Positions 9,887 to 18,341 of a DNA stretch of 64,000 bases are shown in pieces. The notes under the pieces were generated by a model. It did no database searches, was not told the DNA's origin, and saw nothing but the letters and a program-made list of their open reading frames with translations. How positions within the stretch are numbered: the stretch's first letter is position 1; the number at the start of each line of letters is the position of its first letter. The DNA lies in contig JAGXGK010000017.1 of the NCBI GenBank assembly GCA_024636785.1, forward strand, positions 42,284-106,283. Reading direction: 5' to 3'. The position numbers and the translations under genes are program-made. Source of the stretch: Gammaproteobacteria bacterium (lineage in GTDB: Bacteria; Pseudomonadota; Gammaproteobacteria; SZUA-229).

Positions 9887-10843
9887 ATGTTTAACGCCCT
9901 CGCCAATCTGCTGGTCTTTGACTGGCTGGGTCTTGATCCGGCCTCCCGTGCCAGCGCCGCCCTGCACTTTTTCGTTATGGATACGGTGCAGATTTTTTTC
10001 ATGCTGGTAGTCATCATCTACGTCATGGGACTGCTGCGCGCGCTGCTCTCGCCGGAGCGGGTACGTGATTATGTGCGCGGAAAACCCAAATGGATGGCGC
10101 GCAGCACCGCGGTGGGTCTGGGCGCGGTGACGCCATTCTGCTCCTGCTCCTCGGTGCCGCTGTTCATCGGCTTTGTCGAAGCGGGCATTCCGCTCGGCGT
10201 CACCTTCTCCTTTCTCATCGCCTCGCCCATGATCAACGAAGTGGCGGTGGTGATTCTCGTCGGTGTTCTCGGCTGGGAACTGACCCTGATGTATGTCGCC
10301 GCCGGACTCACCGTCGCCTATGTCGGTGGCATAGTGATGGAGCGTTTCAAACCCGAGCGCTGGGTGGAAGAGTATGTCTGGAAGATCCATATGGGCGAAG
10401 CCAATCTGCCCGAACCCGATACCTCGCTGCACGGACGCCACCGCTACGCCTGGAACGAGGTACGCGAAATCGTCGGTCGGCTGTGGAAATGGGTAATCGC
10501 CGGGATCGCCGTCGGCGCCCTGTTTCACGGCTATGTGCCGGAGGGCTGGGTTACCGAGCACCTCGGCGGCAAGGACAACTGGCTGGCAGTTCCCGGCGCG
10601 GTGCTGCTCGGCATCCCGCTCTACTCCAACGCCACCGGGGTGATCCCGGTGGCCGAAGCCATGCTCGGCAAGGGCGTGGCCATCGGCACCACGCTGGCGT
10701 TCATGATGAGCATCGCCGCACTGTCCCTGCCGGAGATGATCATCCTGCGCAAAGTCATCAAGTGGCCGGCACTGGCGCTGTATGCCGGTGTGCTGGCGGT
10801 GGCCTTCACCCTGGTGGGCTGGGGCTTTAACCTGCTTTCATAA
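9887..10843 (+). CDS. arsP: ArsP-like permease (DUF318 family) with TPFCSCSSVP motif
   Basis: 318-aa membrane protein. The TPFCSCSS motif is characteristic of organoarsenical (MAs(III)) efflux permeases. Confidence 0.7.
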   Translation: MFNALANLLVFDWLGLDPASRASAALHFFVMDTVQIFFMLVVIIYVMGLLRALLSPERVRDYVRGKPKWMARSTAVGLGAVTPFCSCSSVPLFIGFVEAGIPLGVTFSFLIASPMINEVAVVILVGVLGWELTLMYVAAGLTVAYVGGIVMERFKPERWVEEYVWKIHMGEANLPEPDTSLHGRHRYAWNEVREIVGRLWKWVIAGIAVGALFHGYVPEGWVTEHLGGKDNWLAVPGAVLLGIPLYSNATGVIPVAEAMLGKGVAIGTTLAFMMSIAALSLPEMIILRKVIKWPALALYAGVLAVAFTLVGWGFNLLS

Positions 10844-10866
10844 TGACTACACCCAAGGAGACCTCT

Positions 10867-11325
10867 ATGCGATACCCGATAGCGATGATGATACTAACCC
10901 TGGCGATGTTCAGCACCGTTCCCTTGCACGCGGCGGAGTCGGGACTGGACAACTACCTGGCCGGTTTCGACTACGCCGCACGCAAGGAGATGAAGATCGA
11001 TAGCAAGACGCTGATGCCGCTGCTCAATGCAGGCAAAGCTCAGTTGGTGGATATCCGCTTCAAGGAGGAATACGCCATCTGGAAGGTCAACCCGTCCATC
11101 AGCATTCCGCTCAACGAGCTGCCGCAACGCCTCGATGAAATCGACCGGAGCAAGATCATCGTCACCGCCTGTCTGCACAAGAACCGCGCCACCATCGCCA
11201 TGGTTTATCTTAGGTCTAAAGGGATCGAGGCGAAGTACCTCACCGATGGCCTCACCGGCCTGGTCGAGAACCTGCGCGGCGACGCGGCCAAAGAGCTGAT
11301 CGAAGCTCTGGCGACACCGAAGTAA
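10867..11325 (+). CDS. Secreted rhodanese-domain protein
   Basis: AAGGAGA RBS, signal peptide MRYPIAMMILTLAMFSTVPLHA, rhodanese fold with candidate active-site Cys in IIVTACLHKNRA. Confidence 0.7.
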   Translation: MRYPIAMMILTLAMFSTVPLHAAESGLDNYLAGFDYAARKEMKIDSKTLMPLLNAGKAQLVDIRFKEEYAIWKVNPSISIPLNELPQRLDEIDRSKIIVTACLHKNRATIAMVYLRSKGIEAKYLTDGLTGLVENLRGDAAKELIEALATPK

Positions 11326-11351
11326 TGCACTATTAAAAATCAGCACGTAGG

Positions 11352-11383
11352 CTGGGGTGACGACAGGAACCCCAACAAATCGG
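11352..11383. repeat. Hairpin repeat GGGGT-N10-ACCCCAACAAAT (copy 1)
   Basis: Similar copies at 12535-12567 and 56889-56919, each directly 3' of a CDS. Confidence 0.5.
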
Positions 11384-11441
11384 CTGTTTTCTGGACCCAC
11401 GGGCAAGATACACCCTGACAAATTCTCACGAGGAAACGATT

Positions 11442-11732
11442 ATGCAAGAACAACCGCAACTCCATTCAACCATCGTCGCCATGATTTCACTGGCCTCGGG
11501 CATCGCCTCCAATCACCGGGCCATGGGCCAGTGCCAGCTGCAGCGCCTGCGTTCTGCCGGCATGCCCGAGCACCAGCTCGACGCGGTAGTCGAGATCGCC
11601 CGCCACATCCGCGACGAGGCCGCGCAGAAATTTGATGTAGCCTTTGATGAGCAGTCCGCCGAGGCCAAACCTGCCGTCGAAGGCGAGAGCTGTGGCTGCA
11701 CCCCCACCGCCAGCGGCCAGAGTTGCTGCTAA
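11442..11732 (+). CDS. AhpD/carboxymuconolactone-decarboxylase-like small protein with Cys-rich C-terminal tail
   Basis: 96 aa; GIASNHRAMGQC core and C-terminal ESCGCTPTASGQSCC. Good RBS GAGGAA. Confidence 0.5.
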   Translation: MQEQPQLHSTIVAMISLASGIASNHRAMGQCQLQRLRSAGMPEHQLDAVVEIARHIRDEAAQKFDVAFDEQSAEAKPAVEGESCGCTPTASGQSCC

Positions 11733-11761
11733 TATCTTATTTAACTAGACGAGGTAACATT

Positions 11762-12058
11762 ATGAAAAATATCAAAGTACTCGGCACCGGCTGTGCCAAC
11801 TGCAAAACCACGCTGAAGATGATTGAAGAACAGGCCAGTGCCAAAGGCATCGAGATTGAGCTTGAAAAAGTCGAAGATATCGCCCAGATCATGGGCTTTG
11901 GTGTGATGTCCACTCCCGGCGTTGTGATCGACGGCAAAGTGGTACACGCCGGCGGCGTTCCCTCCCGCGATAGCATCGACGGCTGGCTGGCGGGCGGCGA
12001 TAGCGGTTGCTGCTCGGGTGGCGGTGCTGACGACGATTCGGGAAAGTGTTGCGGCTGA
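11762..12058 (+). CDS. Thioredoxin-fold redox-active disulfide protein (Thioredoxin_3-like) with Cys-rich tail
   Basis: MKNIKVLGTGCANC start typical of TIGR00412-like proteins. Tail GDSGCCSGGGADDDSGKCCG. Confidence 0.65.
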   Translation: MKNIKVLGTGCANCKTTLKMIEEQASAKGIEIELEKVEDIAQIMGFGVMSTPGVVIDGKVVHAGGVPSRDSIDGWLAGGDSGCCSGGGADDDSGKCCG

Positions 12059-12068
12059 GCGTTCATCA

Positions 12069-12518
12069 CCGATGACCGCAGATGACCTGACCCAAGTGCT
12101 CCAGCACGAGATTCCCCTCGCCCGTGCGATGCAGATCACCGTGCTACAGGCCGATTCCACCTGCACCCTGCTGTCCGCTCCGCTGGCACCCAACATCAAC
12201 CATATGGGCACCTTGTTCGGCGGCAGCGCCAATACTCTGGCCACCCTCGCCGCGTGGAGCCTGCTCTATCTGCGACTGCAAGCGCAACAGCCGCCCTGCC
12301 ATATCATCATCCAGCGCGGGCTTATGCACTACCGCCAGCCCGTCACCGGCGATGCGCTGGCGCGTTGCCAGTTCGATGATGTCGCTCGCTGGGCGCGGTT
12401 CGCACGCACCCTTGAGCGGCATGGCCGCGCCCGACTCATGCTGCATGCAGAGGTCATTGATAACGGCCTTGCCTGCGCACAGTTCGAAGGCGATTTTGTC
12501 GCCGTGCGTGCCGGCTGA
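12069..12518 (+). CDS. YiiD_C / hotdog-fold putative thioesterase
   Basis: 150 aa; LSAPLAPNINHMGTLFGGS motif of YiiD C-terminal domain proteins. Confidence 0.55.
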   Translation, partial: PMTADDLTQVLQHEIPLARAMQITVLQADSTCTLLSAPLAPNINHMGTLFGGSANTLATLAAWSLLYLRLQAQQPPCHIIIQRGLMHYRQPVTGDALARCQFDDVARWARFARTLERHGRARLMLHAEVIDNGLACAQFEGDFVAVRAG

Positions 12519-12534
12519 AAAAGCGATAAGAGCT

Positions 12535-12567
12535 GTTGGGGTAATGGCAGGAACCCTAACAAATTGG
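12535..12567. repeat. Hairpin repeat GTTGGGGT-N10-ACCCTAACAAAT (copy 2)
   Basis: Sequence relative of 11352-11383. Confidence 0.5.
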
Positions 12568-12601
12568 TGAATAACCCTGTTGGGCTTAGTACCTCAATCC
12601 A

Positions 12602-12904
12602 ATGCTACTGCCAATTGATGCCCATGGCAGCGTCGTACACTGCAAGGAGGCAGAACTTACCATTGATACCGACCTGCAAGGCCGGGCCGATGCGCTCAAC
12701 CCCGCTAAACTGTTGCTGGCCGCCGTTGCCGCCTGCATCCTGAAAAACATGGAACGCATCGCGCCGATGATCCAGTTCGCCTATCGCGGCGTCACCGTCG
12801 AAGTGCATGGCGTGCGCCAGGACGCGCCGCCGAAGATGCTGAACATCAACATCCGCAAGTACGGTACCGCCTACAACACCGTGGCACCGGGCACAGAGAG
12901 CTGA
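12602..12904 (+). CDS. OsmC/Ohr-family protein (unusually short)
   Basis: PAKLLLAAVAACILKNMERIA OsmC core. Only 100 aa, with an in-frame stop 12 nt upstream of the ATG. Confidence 0.55.
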   Translation: MLLPIDAHGSVVHCKEAELTIDTDLQGRADALNPAKLLLAAVAACILKNMERIAPMIQFAYRGVTVEVHGVRQDAPPKMLNINIRKYGTAYNTVAPGTES

Positions 12905-12935
12905 CCGGCATGTTGCTGCGTGCGAGTGAGGCGGC

Positions 12936-13631
12936 ATGAACCACGACGCACATGATCACAACCCTGCTGGCTCCATCGGCCAACGCGGCCTCTATTTCGC
13001 CGCGGGCATTATGCTCGTCTACGCGGTCATCGAGGCTGGCACCGGCTGGTGGGCCAACTCGCTGGCGCTGATGAGCGATGCCGGGCACATGCTGGCCGAT
13101 ACCAGTGCTCTGCTGATTGCCGCACTCGGTGCCTGGCTGGCGCAACGCGCGCCCAGTTCGCGTCACTCCTACGGCCTGGGGCGTGCCGAATTCATCGCCG
13201 CGCTGGTCAATGGCCTGCCGATGCTGGCGGTGGTGAGTGTGGTTGCCATCCATGCCATTGAGCGCCTGCAGCAGCCGCTGGCGGTAAAAGGTGAAGCAGT
13301 TTCCGTGGTGGCCTTTATCGGCCTGCTGCGTGAGGCCCTGCACGGCCTGATGGAAGGCGTGCCGCTGGGGCTGTCACTCAGCGCCATCGGCAATGAAATG
13401 GCTGGCAGGCCGGGCGCGCTGTCGGTGCACGATCTGCACATCTAGTCGCTGTCGTCACGCCACCTCGCCCTCTCCGCCCACATCGTGCTTGATGACTTTA
13501 GCCAGTGGAGCACTATCCTCGCCGATCAGCGCAATATGCTGCAACAACGCTACGGCATCGACCACGTCACCCTGCAACCGGAAACCAGGATGCAGCCAGT
13601 CACTTCGATGGCGGCTAAGCAGGTGGCTTAA
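12936..13631 (+). pseudogene. czcD: Cation diffusion facilitator (CzcD/ZitB-like) with internal deletion and in-frame amber codon
   Basis: TM1-TM4 with HMLAD site, then a direct jump to the C-terminal domain LMEGVP..VHDLHI, so about 75 aa (TM5-6) are missing. TAG at 13443-13445 sits where the conserved Trp (HIWSL) is expected. The reading frame continues SLSSRHLALSAHIV...HVTLQPE to 13631. Confidence 0.8.
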
Positions 13632-13805
13632 TATCACAGTCAATCACTAACGCTAAATGAACGCATGAACTTGCACGAGTGAACGCCGCTCTTACCACTT
13701 CAAAGTTTTCAACTGGCGGGTAAGGCGTGAATCGGCAAAATTGTTTGAGCCTTTAGTGCAGCTGGCAGACTTCGGCCTAAAACCATCTGTTCAAACAAAT
13801 TAAAA

Positions 13806-13827
13806 GGCGGCCCTGAGGCCGCCTTTT
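13806..13827. terminator. Bidirectional rho-independent terminator (GGCGGCC-CTGA-GGCCGCC flanked by A4/T4)
   Basis: 7-bp GC stem with A-run 5' and T-run 3', located between convergent czcD and the OMP gene. Confidence 0.6.
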
Positions 13828-13854
13828 AGTTTACCGGCTAACAAAAAATCGGGA

Positions 13855-14370
13855 TTAGAAACGCGCACCGACACCGACATTCAAGCCAGTCACATCAACG
13901 CCATCATCAGCGTAGTAAATTGAGTAGTTTACGGCCAGATAGGTCGAGCCACTGCCCAGATCAATCTCTGCGCCAAACCCCAACATCAAGTCGCTGTCAT
14001 CCGTAGATACCTCTATTCCCGCATATTCTGCAGTGAGTGTCGTAGTGCTTGAGCCTAATTGACCATAGAGCCTGACGGTGTCACTGACCGGCGCGCCCGC
14101 ACGCATATACAGAGTGCCTACATCAACATTTAAATCTACCGAGCTGTTCGGCAACTGATCGGGGCTGACCGTTACATTGGCTTCGATGCCAACATTAATG
14201 TAAGGATTGATTATATAACCGCCCCGGATATAAATATTAGTCGGCGATATTTCATCAACGCCGTCATTAAAAGTAATAAAGCCTAATCCGCCATCAACAT
14301 ACCAGTTCTCTGCCAGAACCTGAGAACTAAACATCATCGTTGCGCACAACAAATAAATGTTTTTTTTCAT
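13855..14370 (-). CDS. Outer-membrane beta-barrel protein (OmpW/OmpA-like small porin)
   Basis: Signal peptide MKKNIYLLCATMMFSSQVLA, alternating beta-strand pattern, C-terminal Phe. Confidence 0.7.
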   Translation of the reverse strand: MKKNIYLLCATMMFSSQVLAENWYVDGGLGFITFNDGVDEISPTNIYIRGGYIINPYINVGIEANVTVSPDQLPNSSVDLNVDVGTLYMRAGAPVSDTVRLYGQLGSSTTTLTAEYAGIEVSTDDSDLMLGFGAEIDLGSGSTYLAVNYSIYYADDGVDVTGLNVGVGARF

Positions 14371-14587
14371 TACACTATCCCCTTAAAAATAATAATATTC
14401 TCATTTGTAAAATATCCTGCCCTTTTAATTTTTAACACTTCCTCCACTCAAAACCACTGTTACTAAGAATACACTCAGATAACTTGTGCAACACTGATAT
14501 GAATCAACTGCTACCGGCTTCTGAGTCTCTCGTATTTTTTCTTCGCCACCGATGCGCTTCGTACCTCAGCACATCCTGCAAAAGATA

Positions 14588-14654
14588 TTTTCTCTGCGCC
14601 TCCGCGGTTATTCCGGACTTCCTGTCCTCTACCCTTCGGGCCAACCTGCGGTTG
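14588..14654. repeat. MITE terminal module (half element) homologous to 60874-60940 (reverse orientation)
   Basis: TTTTCTCTGCGCCTCCGCGG...CCTTCGGGCCAACCTGCGG is about 85% identical to the reverse complement of 60874-60940. Confidence 0.55.
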
Positions 14655-14731
14655 TTCAAATTTATTCCATCATTAGGTTCATCAACGGTGTTTCCATGCA
14701 CGACGGCGTCGAGTGAGTAGCCGCTACGCCG

Positions 14732-15019
14732 TTATTCCAGAATAAAATCGATCAACAATAATGAATTGCGCGCCACGATACCGGCGAGTGCGATGATACC
14801 GATCATCGAAGTGGCGGTGAAATACTGGCCCATGATGGCGTTACCGGGCAGCACGCCGATGACGGTTAGCGGGATGGCGAAAGAGCGGTAGTAACCGACC
14901 AGCACCAGATAAATCAGAATAATCGATACGGCAAAGGCCGAACCGGCGTCCACGTCCTGACGTAGCATTGGTATCGGCGAACTCCTTTCAATCCTGAGTG
15001 GACAATTCGAGAGTTGCAC
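14732..15019 (-). pseudogene. Fragment of a CzcA/CusA-type RND efflux pump (about 80 aa of TM region)
   Basis: VLVGYYRSFAIPLTVIGVLPGNAIMGQYF...IVARNSLLLIDFI matches the RND TM helix region. There is no surrounding gene body, and a MITE fragment abuts it. Confidence 0.65.
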
Positions 15020-15128
15020 TTGTGAAGTGAATCCGCGATAAAAAAATTACTTGGGAACTTCTCTGTAACCTGATAGCCTACGCAACCTAGTATTTTGAAC
15101 CTAACATCATAGGTGCTTTACCTTTCTC

Positions 15129-15479
15129 ATGGTCCGCTATTTCCTAAGCTGTTTATTGGCTGCACTTATTGCCCTGCAATCAGTGGTTGCCATAGCGGAC
15201 GCTTATGAGCTTCATCAATCAGAAACAGAGTATCTGGAAATAAATCATTCGCAGCAGTCTTCTGATGCGAAAAACGATAACCAGCTTGTCAAACAGTCGC
15301 CCGACAAACCGGACCAGCTTCAATACGATTATCACCATTGCTGTCATGGCCATGTCTCCATGATACCTTTCGACTCTTCATCACATTTCGCTACTTTCTC
15401 AGAAACGAGACTGGTCGACTATCAGGCCAATCTGACCTCTGTTATTCCCACCTCTCTGTATCGCCCTCCAATCGCCTGA
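15129..15479 (+). CDS. Secreted His/Cys-rich small protein (possible periplasmic metal-binding protein; DUF2946-like is a guess)
   Basis: Signal peptide, motif DYHHCCHGHVSM. Sits upstream of czcCBA. Confidence 0.4.
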   Translation: MVRYFLSCLLAALIALQSVVAIADAYELHQSETEYLEINHSQQSSDAKNDNQLVKQSPDKPDQLQYDYHHCCHGHVSMIPFDSSSHFATFSETRLVDYQANLTSVIPTSLYRPPIA

Positions 15480-15560
15480 TCACGCCTCACAGGCACGTCA
15501 TCAGCCGCTGTAACCATGGGTTATAGCGAACAATTGGTATTTATTTTAGGGTGAAACATC

Positions 15561-15815
15561 ATGAAAAAGATCGCTATCGCGCTCGCTCCGAGCCTCGCAT
15601 TTGTCAACTCCGCTCAGGCCGAAAACAACTTGCCTGAAGTTGAAATCGTCAAAACCGTAAACCAACGCCGGCATTTTCGCCGGATTGCCGTGAACAATAA
15701 CGACACGGAACTAGCCAAACTCGGACGGATGAACCCTCAGCTAAAGGCCGCCTTTCACCGGGATGAACCCCGACAACTGCAAAATCCGGTGCACGACCAA
15801 ACCGTCGCACGCTGA
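15561..15815 (+). CDS. Small secreted hypothetical protein
   Basis: Signal peptide MKKIAIALAPSLAFVNSAQA. 18 nt upstream of czcC. Confidence 0.35.
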   Translation: MKKIAIALAPSLAFVNSAQAENNLPEVEIVKTVNQRRHFRRIAVNNNDTELAKLGRMNPQLKAAFHRDEPRQLQNPVHDQTVAR

Positions 15816-15832
15816 ATTTCAGGAGCATCATT

Positions 15833-17059
15833 ATGAGACGATTCGACTGGCCCCGACAGGCCTTGCTAGGCGCGTGTGTGCTTATTCTGCCCCTGCTTGC
15901 GCACGCACAAACTTCCGACTGGAACGTCTGGCTGGCATCCCAGATAAAACAGCACCCTGACGTGCTCGCTGCCCGCGAGCAATGGCTGGGTTCCAATGCC
16001 AGCGCCGACGCGGTGGCGCAGCCGCTCCACAACCCGGAGCTGTCCACCGAGCTGGAACGCAATGGCGAGGAAGACAACTACCAGGTCGGCATTCAGCAGA
16101 CCATCGACTGGTGGGACAAACGAAGCGCGAGACAGCAGCAAGCGGGTTTTATGCGAGTCGCTGCCGAAGCCATGTACCGCCGGCAAGTACTGGATAAAAC
16201 CGCCGAGGTGCTTTCGGTACTCGTCGAGTGGCGCTCTGCCAGCCGCGCCGCCACCATTGCACAGGCGCAAAAGGAGCAACTCGACACCCTGCTAACGTTG
16301 GCAGAAAAGCGTCAAAAAGCGGGCGATCTGGGCAGCATCGATGCCGAGCTCACCTTTCTGTCGCTGTCGCAACGCCTGGCGCAGGTCGCCGAGGTTGAAG
16401 CTACTTTACAGAAAGCTGAAATCAGGGCACGTGAATTGCTGCCACAGTGGACACCCGCGCGCGGTGGCATTCCCGAGAATTTCTGGCCGACCCAGCCAGG
16501 TTCCGCGACGGATCAGGAGCTGCTGCAACATCCGGCTGTCGCCAGTGCTCAGGCCCGTTGGCAATCACTGAAGGAAGAAGCCGAGGTGACACGGCGTACC
16601 GCCAGAGCGGAACCCACCGTCGGACTCAATGCCGGGCGCGATGGCGGAGAGAATCTGGTGGGATTATCCCTCTCCATTCCGCTGAATGTGCGCAACAACT
16701 TCAGTGCAGAAACCCGCGCCGCCGAGCAGGCAGCACTGGAGGCGGAGGCTCACTTTCAGGCGGTTTACCGCAAACAACGCTTCGACTTGCAGACTGCCCA
16801 GGCTGTCTGGCAGCGCTATGAACAACAATACCGTCGTTGGCAAAAGCTGGTTCAGGGCCGGGTGGAGAACAGCGCCGACCTGCTGGAACGGCAGTGGCGC
16901 AGCGGCGACCTCTCCACTACCGATTACCTGCTGGCATTGAATCAACGCGCCGAGAGTCTGCTGGCAGGCATCGAGCTGGAAAAACAGACCCGGCTCACAC
17001 TCACCGATGTACTGCTGCAATCGGGCCGCCTGACGGCCGCGACACAACTAACAAATTAA
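15833..17059 (+). CDS. czcC: TolC-family outer membrane efflux protein (CzcC/CusC-like)
   Basis: 408 aa, signal peptide, two-repeat OEP architecture. First gene of a CBA operon. Confidence 0.8.
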   Translation: MRRFDWPRQALLGACVLILPLLAHAQTSDWNVWLASQIKQHPDVLAAREQWLGSNASADAVAQPLHNPELSTELERNGEEDNYQVGIQQTIDWWDKRSARQQQAGFMRVAAEAMYRRQVLDKTAEVLSVLVEWRSASRAATIAQAQKEQLDTLLTLAEKRQKAGDLGSIDAELTFLSLSQRLAQVAEVEATLQKAEIRARELLPQWTPARGGIPENFWPTQPGSATDQELLQHPAVASAQARWQSLKEEAEVTRRTARAEPTVGLNAGRDGGENLVGLSLSIPLNVRNNFSAETRAAEQAALEAEAHFQAVYRKQRFDLQTAQAVWQRYEQQYRRWQKLVQGRVENSADLLERQWRSGDLSTTDYLLALNQRAESLLAGIELEKQTRLTLTDVLLQSGRLTAATQLTN

Positions 17060-17066
17060 GAACTGG

Positions 17067-18326
17067 ATGATGGCTATGAACAAAATACTGATTGCTATTT
17101 TTATCGCCGGTCTTGCGGCTACCTACGCAAGCCATGCCCAGTCGCCAGATGCGACCGAACATACTCATGAAGAAAGCAAACCTGCCACAGCACAAAACAA
17201 GCAGGATGAAATCCATGATGAACACAAATCGGATGCCGAACATGAGGTCGAGGAACATGGCGATAAGGAGCACGTAGATCACGCTGGTGAAGAGGACGAA
17301 AACGCTAACGAAGAATCCGCTTCCGCAGCACTGAAACCTGAGCAAATGACACTGGCCGGTATCCGGGTGGAGGTCCTTAACGCAAGGCCGGTTGATTACC
17401 AGCTCTACGCGCCGGGGGAGATCCTCTCCAACGGCTACACCAGTTACCGGGTATCACCCCGAGTGGCTTCGGTGGTGCTGCGCCGACATGTCGCTTTGGG
17501 CGATCACGTCAAGCAAGGCCAGCCGCTGGTCACCCTGTTCAGCGAGAGCATGGCGCAGGCGCAGGCTGACTACCGCACAGCCTGGCCCGAATGGCAAAGG
17601 GTGCAGGAGCTTGGGGGTAAAACCGTGGGAGAGCAGCGTTATATCGCTGCCAAGACGACCCTTGAAGCGTCCGAGGCAACCCTGTTGGCCTATGGCCTGA
17701 CGAAATCGGATCTAAAATCGCTGACATCTCAGCAATCCAGAGCATTGGGTGAATATACACTGCGCGCCGAAATCGATGGCGCCGTGCTCACCGACGATTT
17801 CGAGCAGGGGCAACGCATCGAGGCAGGCGCACCCCTGATCGCGCTGGCAGATGAAAAGCAGCTCTGGGTGGAAGCCCACCTGCCAGCCAATTTGTCGCTG
17901 ACTCTGGGTGCGGGAACGCAGGTGGAAGTCGTGACCGGTGATGTACACGTGATGGCCTCAGTCTCTCAGGAGGCGCACACCATCGACCCGGTCACCCGCA
18001 CCCGTACCGTGCGTCTGCTGGTGAATAACCCGGAACACCGTCTGCATCCGGGCCAGTTTGCCGAGGTCTTTTTCCGCTTCCGCACCAAAAAACCCGTGCT
18101 GGCGGTGCCCGAAACTGCCCTGATGCGTGGTGCAGATGGTGACTGGACGGTATTTGTGGAGGATCATCCGGGCGAGTTCATGCCGGTGGAGATTGAGTTG
18201 GGCCGTGCGCTTGGGCAGTTACGCGAAATCACCGGCGTCAAGCCGGGAACGCGCATCGTCACCGAAGGTGCTTTCTTTGTCGCCTCGCAGATCGCCAAAG
18301 GCGGTTTCGACCCGCATAACCACTAA
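17067..18326 (+). CDS. czcB: RND periplasmic adaptor (CzcB/CusB family) with His/Glu-rich N-terminal metal-binding region
   Basis: HTHEESK..HDEHKSDAEHEVEEHGDKEHVDHAGEED region, then HlyD-like beta-barrel/lipoyl domains. Confidence 0.85.
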   Translation: MMAMNKILIAIFIAGLAATYASHAQSPDATEHTHEESKPATAQNKQDEIHDEHKSDAEHEVEEHGDKEHVDHAGEEDENANEESASAALKPEQMTLAGIRVEVLNARPVDYQLYAPGEILSNGYTSYRVSPRVASVVLRRHVALGDHVKQGQPLVTLFSESMAQAQADYRTAWPEWQRVQELGGKTVGEQRYIAAKTTLEASEATLLAYGLTKSDLKSLTSQQSRALGEYTLRAEIDGAVLTDDFEQGQRIEAGAPLIALADEKQLWVEAHLPANLSLTLGAGTQVEVVTGDVHVMASVSQEAHTIDPVTRTRTVRLLVNNPEHRLHPGQFAEVFFRFRTKKPVLAVPETALMRGADGDWTVFVEDHPGEFMPVEIELGRALGQLREITGVKPGTRIVTEGAFFVASQIAKGGFDPHNH

Positions 18327-18341
18327 GCACCCGGAGAACTC

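Noticed and set aside
8343-10561. Long antisense ORFs in the six-frame track (8343-8702, 8726-9436, 9443-10561 on the minus strand; 9367-9822 and 10090-10830 on the plus strand) overlapping arsC/acr3/arsP
   Set aside because: Their products are low-complexity and rich in Arg/Gly/His with no motifs. They overlap well-supported transporter genes and are the usual open-frame artefact of a >60% GC coding strand.
14504-14701. ORFs 14504-14701(-) and 60776-60997(+) that encode similar RRLARRVE(D/G)RK..AEAQRK peptides
   Set aside because: Both lie entirely within copies of the MITE terminal module. The similarity reflects repeat DNA, not a conserved protein.
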